Shown: positions 1-6,353 of the stretch, piece after piece
How positions within the stretch are numbered: the stretch's first letter is position 1
Layout: each line of letters opens with the position of its first letter
Assembly: GCA_037381445.1 (NCBI GenBank)
Contig: JARRQT010000201.1
Location: forward strand, 1-11,303
DNA: 11,303 nt
Source of the DNA: Calditrichia bacterium
GTDB lineage: Bacteria; Calditrichota; Calditrichia; RBG-13-44-9
Direction of reading: 5' to 3'
Translations under genes and position numbers: made by a program
Notes under the pieces: generated by a model
Told to the model about the DNA's origin: nothing
What the model saw: the letters and a program-made list of their open reading frames with translations, nothing else
Database searches by the model: none

Positions 1-19
1 AAAAAACAGAGACGAGAGC

Positions 20-865
20 ATGAGAAGAAGATTCAGCAGTCAGTTCCTTGGCATGAACTCCACGGTAGTCTACGAAAATGGTTATGCATATCTGGTCGAT
101 CCGGGCGTGTTTCCCAAAGAAACGCAGCATATCAAAAATTTTCTTCAGCAGGAAGGAATATTTGAAAAAGCGGTGCTGTTCACACACACTCACGGGGACC
201 ATATCTCCGGCTGGCAGGCGTTCCGGAATGAACCCGCTTACGGGCATGAGGTGATCGCGAAAAAAACAGAGGATATGCGTAACAATGATGTCCGCTATCT
301 GCGGGGAATGTGGCGGAAACAGGGCATCGAAAATCTGGATCATTTAAAATTCCCGGACAATATTCGCTATCAGCCGGACGGCAAATTTCTGGAAATACCG
401 CCATACTCATTTGCCTTTTTTCACCTTCCGGGCCATAGTATTGACATGTGTGCCATTATCGTCCCGGAGGAAAACATGATGTTTTCCGGAGACATGCTGA
501 TCCAGGCGCCGGCCCCCTTTATCCTGCACAGTACCCGGCGTTACTGGACCAGCCTGAAAAGATTCAAAAAACTGGCGGTCGAATATGACATCCGGTGTCT
601 GGTCCCCGGACACGCCAAACCGGCAAAATCTCCGGAGGAAGTGTTGCGCCGCATAAGAAATGAACAGGAATATTTGCAGCAACTGGTCCGGGAAGGAATG
701 AAACTGGCGAAAGCGGGGGTGGAGGGCGATGAACTCAGGCACCGCCTTTACAGTTACTCAAACCGGCTGGTGCAGCTCCACTCCCATCAGGCCAATGTTC
801 AGACCTTCATTCGGGAGAAAGATTTGTGGTTATCGGATAAAAATCTTGATTTGAGTATTGATTGA
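20..865 (+). CDS. MBL-fold metallo-hydrolase (glyoxalase II-like, substrate unknown)
   Basis: 281-aa ORF with the metallo-beta-lactamase motifs in order: LVDPG, THTHGDH (HxHxDH), LPGHS, FSGD, VPGH. The start lies near the window edge, so its exact position is less certain. Confidence 0.9.
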   Translation: MRRRFSSQFLGMNSTVVYENGYAYLVDPGVFPKETQHIKNFLQQEGIFEKAVLFTHTHGDHISGWQAFRNEPAYGHEVIAKKTEDMRNNDVRYLRGMWRKQGIENLDHLKFPDNIRYQPDGKFLEIPPYSFAFFHLPGHSIDMCAIIVPEENMMFSGDMLIQAPAPFILHSTRRYWTSLKRFKKLAVEYDIRCLVPGHAKPAKSPEEVLRRIRNEQEYLQQLVREGMKLAKAGVEGDELRHRLYSYSNRLVQLHSHQANVQTFIREKDLWLSDKNLDLSID

Positions 866-977
866 GAGCCGACGCTGCATTCCCTGAGGCGGGCAAAATC
901 TTCTGAATGTCAGTGAGGGAAAGGGTTCGTCGGAGTAATTTGAGATTTATTCTTTGATTTATTTAGCGGGAGGAGAG

Positions 978-1337
978 ATGGAAAAAAACGGCCGTATCAA
1001 AGATTACGGATTTGGCCGGATGACTATCGATGGTCAGACTTACCAGTCGGATGTCATCATTTATCCGGACCGGGTGGATGTCTCGTGGTGGCGGAAGGAA
1101 GGGCATCTGCTGCTGCCGGAAGATCTCCCCATGCTCGAAACCAATTCTCCCAAAATCCTGGTAGTGGGTCAGGGCAAGTTTGGTCTCATGAAAATCAGCG
1201 CTGCTTTTATCCAAAGTTTGAAGCGGCTGGAAATCGATTTAAGAGCCGCCAAAAGCGATGAAGCTGTCAAGATCTACAACAGCATCTGGGAAACCGGGGA
1301 GAGAAATGTGATCGGCGCTTTCCATCTGACCTGCTGA
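978..1337 (+). CDS. Mth938-like / DUF498 domain protein (AAMDC/NDUFAF3 family)
   Basis: Family signatures IKDYGFGRMTIDG..Y.SDVII, WWRKEGH, LVVGQG..G and C-terminal GAFHLTC. I moved the start from TTG 954 to ATG 978 because GGGAGGAG (968-975) lies just upstream. This gives 119 aa. Confidence 0.88.
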   Translation: MEKNGRIKDYGFGRMTIDGQTYQSDVIIYPDRVDVSWWRKEGHLLLPEDLPMLETNSPKILVVGQGKFGLMKISAAFIQSLKRLEIDLRAAKSDEAVKIYNSIWETGERNVIGAFHLTC

Positions 1338-1515
1338 AACCGGATCAATATATATCTTCTGCCTGGCGGGATATGCATTTAAATTTCCCGGAAATTTTAT
1401 TTGATTATCGCCCTTTTTCTTTCCAAATTCAAAACGGCATCAGATTATTTTTTCTGAGAATTATCTCCGACTGGTTTGCTGTAAGCTTAATCACTCATTT
1501 TAAAAAAGCCAAAAA

Positions 1516-3900
1516 ATGAGAGCAAAACTTGGCCGTGTTCCCTATGTGTTCGCCGCTCTCTGCTTTGCCGGCGGCATCTGGCTGCAGAGGATTGCCGCCG
1601 TGGATCTGCGGGTGCTATCCGGCTTCTTCTTCATTTTCATTATCTTGCCCGTCATATTTCACAAAAGAAAAATTGCAATTTATCTGTTTGGCATTTTATT
1701 TCTCGTTACTGGCAGTTTGAACTTCGGCTTATGGGATTCATTCCATCTTGAACATCCCGTGAAAGCCGTGCTTCCCCAAAATGCCGTTTCAGCCACCATT
1801 ATTGTGAACAAACCTCCGGCAGGACCGCAAAATCAGTTTACGGCGCGGCTGCAGAAACTTAATATCGGGGAGAGTGAATTTGTCATCAATCGCGATTTCC
1901 TGATCCGAAGCAAAATCGATTTACCGTATCTGAATCCCGGGGACTGCCTGATTCTGCAGAATGTTTCCGTTGAGAACCTGCCCGAACTGCGCAATCCCGG
2001 CCAGTTTGATTACGGCAAATTTCTCGCCGACCGCGGGATTATGGGTGCAATTCAGGTCGGGCGGGAATCAACGATTGGTTCTGTCGAGCGGGGTGGAAAA
2101 TCAATTGCCTGCTTCCTCTACAATATCCGAGAAAAAATGACCCGGCGCATAGAATATCTGCTTCCCGGCCAGACAGCCGCATTTCTTACAGCGATTTTGC
2201 TGGGGAACAAAGAGGGAATTTCACCCGATATCAAGTCGGATTTTCAGAACAGCGGCGTCGCTCATGTGCTGGCCATAAGCGGTTTACATGTTGGTTTTGT
2301 GGTATTACTGATTTATATCCTGATTTCCGTTTTTCCCGTTTCTTTCCGCTGGCACAATCTGTTGACGATCTTTGTGCTCACTTTTTATGCTTTTCTGACA
2401 GGGGCCAATCCGCCGGTTATCCGCGCGACCCTGATGGTTTCCATTTATATGCTGGGGATTATTCTGGAACGCAAGCCAAGTATTTACAACACTGTTTTTA
2501 CGGCCGCCTTTGTGATTCTGCTTTTTTCTCCGAACCAGTTGTTCAGTGTGGGATTCCAGTTCTCTTTTCTTGCCGTTTTGTCGATCCTCTTTTTTTATAA
2601 TCAACTTCAGCCCCTGGAAAAAATGATTTTGCAGCGGCTGCCTGCGGGGAGAGCCGGAATATGGGCAGACCGGGGACTTGTAAAGCCCTTTCTCGTATCC
2701 CTGGCGGCCCAATTAGGTACCATTCCGTTGATGGCAATCTATTTTCACAAGATCCCATTGATTTCTTTTGTTCTTAACCTGGTCGTCATTCCGTTGGTAG
2801 GGCTTGTTGTGCCTGCCGGCATTCTGACTCTCGCGCTTTCCTATCTCTCTTTTGGCCTGGCAAACCTGGTGGGAGAATTCCTCCATGCGGTGATTCAAAT
2901 TTTGTTTTTTATCGTTCATCAAGCAGCCAATTTGCCATTAGCATATATTCAATTGACAAAAGTATCCGTCTCAGAGATTCTGCTTTATCTTTTACTGCTG
3001 GGACTGGCCTTCGGCTGGTATAAAAGCAGTTTCGCTCAGTTGAGAAAGCCTGCTGTGGCATCTGTGGTAATACTCTTTTTCTGGATCATGCTGCGCCAAA
3101 ATTCACCGCCGGAGCTTATGATGCTTGATGTGGGGCAGGGGGATGCTTCCATGGTTAGAACGGCTTCAGGGAAAATCCTGCTTTTTGATGCCGGGCCTTC
3201 CTATTCGAATATGGATAGCGGGGAGGACGTCATCCTTCCCGCCCTTCAATACTGGGGCAGTCTGCATATTGACAAACTGTTCATCAGCCATCCCCACGCC
3301 GATCATTTTGGCGGCTTATTCTCGCTGACACATCTGGTTTCAATCGACACGGTATACCTCCCCGATGTCAAAACCCATTATCATCTGCAGGACAGCCTGC
3401 TGAGCCGTCTTCACAAAAATCGAATTCCCTTCCGGTTTGTAGAGGCAGGCTGCAAAATCCGGGTGGATGATTTTACTCGGATATATATTTACTCACCCTT
3501 TTCACCCGACTTAAAACCTGCCTCAACCTCTGGGAGCAGCATTAACAATACCTCACTGGTATTCCTGCTAAAAATGAAGAAGAATGGTATAGTGTTTACC
3601 GGTGACGCGGAAAGAGTCATCGAAAATAAGCTGACCGGCTGGGGCGATATGCTGAAAGCGGACATTTTAAAAGTGGGCCATCATGGGAGCAGCAGTTCTT
3701 CTTCCCGGAGCTTTCTGAATCTGATCTCCCCGAAGTATGCTTTGATATCGGTAGGAAGAAAAAATAGGTACGGCCATCCCTCTCCTACCACCATAAACAG
3801 ATTGCACGGATTGGGATATCATGTCGACAGGACGGATCGTGACAACGCGGTTATCATGCGCCTGGTGAATCAGAAATGGCGGATTGTCAATTGGAAATGA
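1516..3900 (+). CDS. comEC: DNA internalization competence protein ComEC/Rec2 (DUF4131/OB domain + Competence membrane domain + C-terminal MBL domain)
   Basis: 794 aa. RNPGQFDY in the N-terminal domain. FQNSGVAHVLAISGLHVG, PPVIRA and GFQFSFLAV in the Competence domain, with many TM segments. LDVGQGD, SHPHADHFGG, FTGD, KVGHHGS and NRYGHP in the MBL domain. Confidence 0.96.
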   Translation: MRAKLGRVPYVFAALCFAGGIWLQRIAAVDLRVLSGFFFIFIILPVIFHKRKIAIYLFGILFLVTGSLNFGLWDSFHLEHPVKAVLPQNAVSATIIVNKPPAGPQNQFTARLQKLNIGESEFVINRDFLIRSKIDLPYLNPGDCLILQNVSVENLPELRNPGQFDYGKFLADRGIMGAIQVGRESTIGSVERGGKSIACFLYNIREKMTRRIEYLLPGQTAAFLTAILLGNKEGISPDIKSDFQNSGVAHVLAISGLHVGFVVLLIYILISVFPVSFRWHNLLTIFVLTFYAFLTGANPPVIRATLMVSIYMLGIILERKPSIYNTVFTAAFVILLFSPNQLFSVGFQFSFLAVLSILFFYNQLQPLEKMILQRLPAGRAGIWADRGLVKPFLVSLAAQLGTIPLMAIYFHKIPLISFVLNLVVIPLVGLVVPAGILTLALSYLSFGLANLVGEFLHAVIQILFFIVHQAANLPLAYIQLTKVSVSEILLYLLLLGLAFGWYKSSFAQLRKPAVASVVILFFWIMLRQNSPPELMMLDVGQGDASMVRTASGKILLFDAGPSYSNMDSGEDVILPALQYWGSLHIDKLFISHPHADHFGGLFSLTHLVSIDTVYLPDVKTHYHLQDSLLSRLHKNRIPFRFVEAGCKIRVDDFTRIYIYSPFSPDLKPASTSGSSINNTSLVFLLKMKKNGIVFTGDAERVIENKLTGWGDMLKADILKVGHHGSSSSSSRSFLNLISPKYALISVGRKNRYGHPSPTTINRLHGLGYHVDRTDRDNAVIMRLVNQKWRIVNWK

Positions 3901-4004
3901 TCTCTTCAATGCAACTCAGGCGGAAAGGCTTGGCCGGGATGATTTATAAAATCCATACCGGCATGCCTGTGGTAAACTTTCATTACTTTGCATCGTTACA
4001 TTTT

Positions 4005-4033
4005 TTGCATTTGCTTCTATCTTTGGCTATTTT
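4005..4033 (+). promoter_or_regulatory. Possible sigma70-type promoter for the aminotransferase
   Basis: TTGCAT (4005-4010), a 17-nt spacer, then TATTTT (4028-4033), about 40 nt before ATG 4075. Confidence 0.35.
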
Positions 4034-4074
4034 AACGGGAGTTTTGCAAAGACCATTATTCCGGGATTTTTACT

Positions 4075-5414
4075 ATGACAAACAATCATGACAACTCGCC
4101 CGAAGTCTACCTTAATCTGAATGTCCGCGGCCTGCATGAGTCAGCCACGCTGGCAGTGAATGAAAAAAGCCGAGAACTGGAAAAGAAAGGCAGGCATATC
4201 TATAAACTGGGTCTGGGACAATCGCCTTTTCCCGTTCCGCGGCCTGTGGTGGAAGAACTCAAGGCAAACGCCCATCAGAAACAGTATCTGCCGGTAAAGG
4301 GTCTGCCCGAATTAAAGGCTGCGGTGGCCGATTATCATCACCGGACGCAGGGGATGGAATGTTCCGGTGAGGATGTGCTGATTGGCCCCGGTTCCAAAGA
4401 GCTCATGTTTTTGCTGCAATTGGTCTATTACGGTGATCTGGTCATTCCTACGCCAAGCTGGGTGTCCTATGCTCCCCAGGCCCATATCATCGGCCGGCAT
4501 GTCAGTTGGCTGCCCACCCGTGAGGATGACGACTGGCGGCTGACACCGGAGGTGCTCGATAAACTGTGCCACATGGACCCGGGCCGCCCCCGGATTGTGA
4601 TTTTGAATTATCCCTCCAATCCCACCGGACGGACGTATCCCGTGGAACAGCTGCGGGAGTTGGCGGAAGTGGCCCGAAAAAACCGCGTGGTGCTGCTTTC
4701 CGATGAAATTTACGGTGAACTCCATCACGACGGTCAGCATGTCTCGATTGCCCGTTTCTATCCGGAGGGCACGATTGTGAGCAGCGGATTGAGCAAGTGG
4801 TGCGGCGCGGGAGGCTGGCGCCTGGGCACATTTGTTTTCCCCGATTCCCTGCAACATTTGTTTTCCCCGATTCCCTGCAATGGCTGCTGGATGCCATGGC
4901 AGCGGTGGCCAGCGAAACCTTCACCTCCACCAGTGCGCCTATTCAGTACGCTGCAGTTCGGGCCTTCCGGGGCGGCATACAAATAGAAAGATATTTATGG
5001 AATTCGCGCCGAATCCTGAAGGCGCTGGGCAATTACCTGGCAAATCGTTTCAAAAAGGGAGGACTGGGTGTACCGATGCCGCAGGGTGCCTTTTATCTTT
5101 TTCCCGATTTTAACGTTTTCAGAGAGAATCTGAATCAGCGGGATATTAACGACAGCGAGACCTTCTGCCAGCGGCTGATAGAGGAAGCCGGTGTGGCCAT
5201 TCTGCCGGGCACCGCCTTTGGCCGTCCGCCGGAGGAACTCACTGCCCGAATCAGTTATGTGGATTTCGACGGGGCGCGGGCACTGGCCGCCGCTGAACAA
5301 TTACCGCCCCATGAACCTTTAAATGAGCAATTCCTGATAAATTATTGCGGTCATACGATTGAAGCAGTGGATCGGCTCTGCCGGTGGATTCATGAAGAAG
5401 AGCCGCTCTGCTGA
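4075..5414 (+). pseudogene. Class I/II PLP-dependent aminotransferase (aspartate aminotransferase-like), frameshifted in this sequence
   Basis: The 5' ORF (4075-4986) has GLGQSPFP, Y..VKG..EL, PSWVSY, NYPSNPTG, SDEIY and SGLSKW..GGWRLG (PLP Lys241). The C-terminal part (PQGAFYLF, GVAILPGTAFG, ARISY) is in another frame ending at 5414. Removing one copy of the 26-bp duplication gives a single 1314-nt, 437-aa ORF. Confidence 0.9.
4828..4879 (+). repeat. Perfect 2 x 26-bp tandem duplication ACATTTGTTTTCCCCGATTCCCTGCA
   Basis: Read directly: copy 1 is 4828-4853 and copy 2 is 4854-4879 (the register can shift by 1 nt). There are no mismatches, and 26 is not a multiple of 3. Confidence 0.98.
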
Positions 5415-5587
5415 GCATATACCGGAATGGAGATAACAATAAAGGTATTTTCTCTCCACCGCAAAACAAAAATTTTCGTGGATTTTTTGCTGCTGCAGGC
5501 TCTTAACGGCTTATACAAAGGATAGAAGAATTCTGTTTATGGCTGAGGTCGCTTCATATACCTGGAATCCGGTGCGGATAAGTGCCG

Positions 5588-6346
5588 TCACAAGACAGCG
5601 CTGCTGAAGCCAATACCCAGAAAAAAGTGCCCGCTCCAGATCCGGGTCGACAGAGTTCCCCCGGAAATATCGGCATCCTTCACGCGGCCGGCGGTCAATT
5701 TAAATCCCGCCAGAAATTGTAAATGTTGTTTCACATACCATTCACCGCTTAATTCCAGCATTCCGGCAGGCCCCCGCCATTGGTAGTTTTCAAGTATTCT
5801 GGTTCCCTTCCGGGACTCCACATGGGGAACGAGAGGCCCGACGCCGATCCCCGCGTTTACGAATAGCGGTTTGCCGGCGATCCTGGCTTCAAAAACGGTA
5901 AGGGCCAGTTTGATCAGCAAAAAATTATAGCCGTGCGACATGGAAAATTGATTCAGAAATTTTTCGAATGGATACTTGTTTCCGGGAATATAATCGGGAT
6001 TGGTTGACCGCCTGATGCCCACATCGCGGGTTTCCCGTGCATAGATTTTATCATGCAAAAATTCCAGTCCTACGCGGAAGCGCAGTTGGCCCAAGGTAAC
6101 AAATGACCCTCCGGAAATCCCGTAGTAGAGAGGAAATTCCAGGGAGCGGGAGCTGAAATGCACATCGTTGATTTCGTATTGATAACCATCCAGGGAAAGA
6201 TTGAAATCCGCCGGGCGATGATAGCTGTACCCACTGAACAGATGAAAAAATAAGACAATTTTTGAAGAACCGTTGTTTTGCAGCAGCAAAAATATAATCG
6301 ATATCCCCAAAAAAATCCCCGGACCATGCGGAAATTTTATTCTCAT
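5588..6346 (-). CDS. Outer-membrane beta-barrel protein, LpxQ (lipid A oxidase)-like
   Basis: 252 aa with a hydrophobic N-terminal signal-like segment and alternating amphipathic strands. The motifs FPLYYG, LEFLHDKIY, FSMSHGYN, GIGVG..VPHVES and YQWRGPA match my recollection of LpxQ-family motifs (PPYYG, H.K.Y, PHVE, YQ..GP). Not confirmed by a search. Confidence 0.65.
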   Translation of the reverse strand: MRIKFPHGPGIFLGISIIFLLLQNNGSSKIVLFFHLFSGYSYHRPADFNLSLDGYQYEINDVHFSSRSLEFPLYYGISGGSFVTLGQLRFRVGLEFLHDKIYARETRDVGIRRSTNPDYIPGNKYPFEKFLNQFSMSHGYNFLLIKLALTVFEARIAGKPLFVNAGIGVGPLVPHVESRKGTRILENYQWRGPAGMLELSGEWYVKQHLQFLAGFKLTAGRVKDADISGGTLSTRIWSGHFFLGIGFSSAVL

Positions 6347-6353
6347 ACCGTTT

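Noticed and set aside
886..915. c-di-GMP-I riboswitch suggested by GGGCAAA
   Set aside because: The GNRA-capped stem, second GCAAA and P2 receptor elements are not present.
954..977. TTG start for the Mth938 gene as given in the ORF track
   Set aside because: This stretch contains the SD (GGGAGGAG) for ATG 978, and the family-like sequence starts after that ATG.
978..1337. Mth938 protein as an assembly factor for the nearby SDH, by analogy with NDUFAF3
   Set aside because: It lies about 7 kb away with unrelated and oppositely oriented genes between, and NDUFAF3 acts on complex I, not complex II.
3688..3705. Poly-Ser run in ComEC as a contingency repeat
   Set aside because: It uses mixed codons (AGC AGC AGT TCT TCT TCC), and Ser/Thr-rich sequence after HHGS is normal in ComEC.
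4018..4025. Bacteroidota-type -7 promoter element TATCTTTG
   Set aside because: There is no TTTG at the expected 19-21 nt upstream, and the other signals in the window are sigma70/SD-like.
3876..4091. 71-aa ORF bridging comEC and the aminotransferase
   Set aside because: It overlaps both genes, has no SD or recognisable motif, and spans a hairpin and a promoter-like region.
4828..4879. CRISPR repeat pair or transposon target-site duplication
   Set aside because: The copies are directly adjacent with no spacer or inserted element, the unit is native coding sequence, and no cas or transposase gene is present.
4797..5414. Independent 205-aa gene
   Set aside because: It is the C-terminal part of the aminotransferase. 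Its first residues are out-of-frame sequence upstream of and within the first repeat copy.
5415..5587. Bidirectional intrinsic terminator between the convergent genes
   Set aside because: I found only weak stems with large loops (TGGAGA/TCTCCA, GCAAAA/TTTTGC) and no compact GC hairpin with a clear U-tract.
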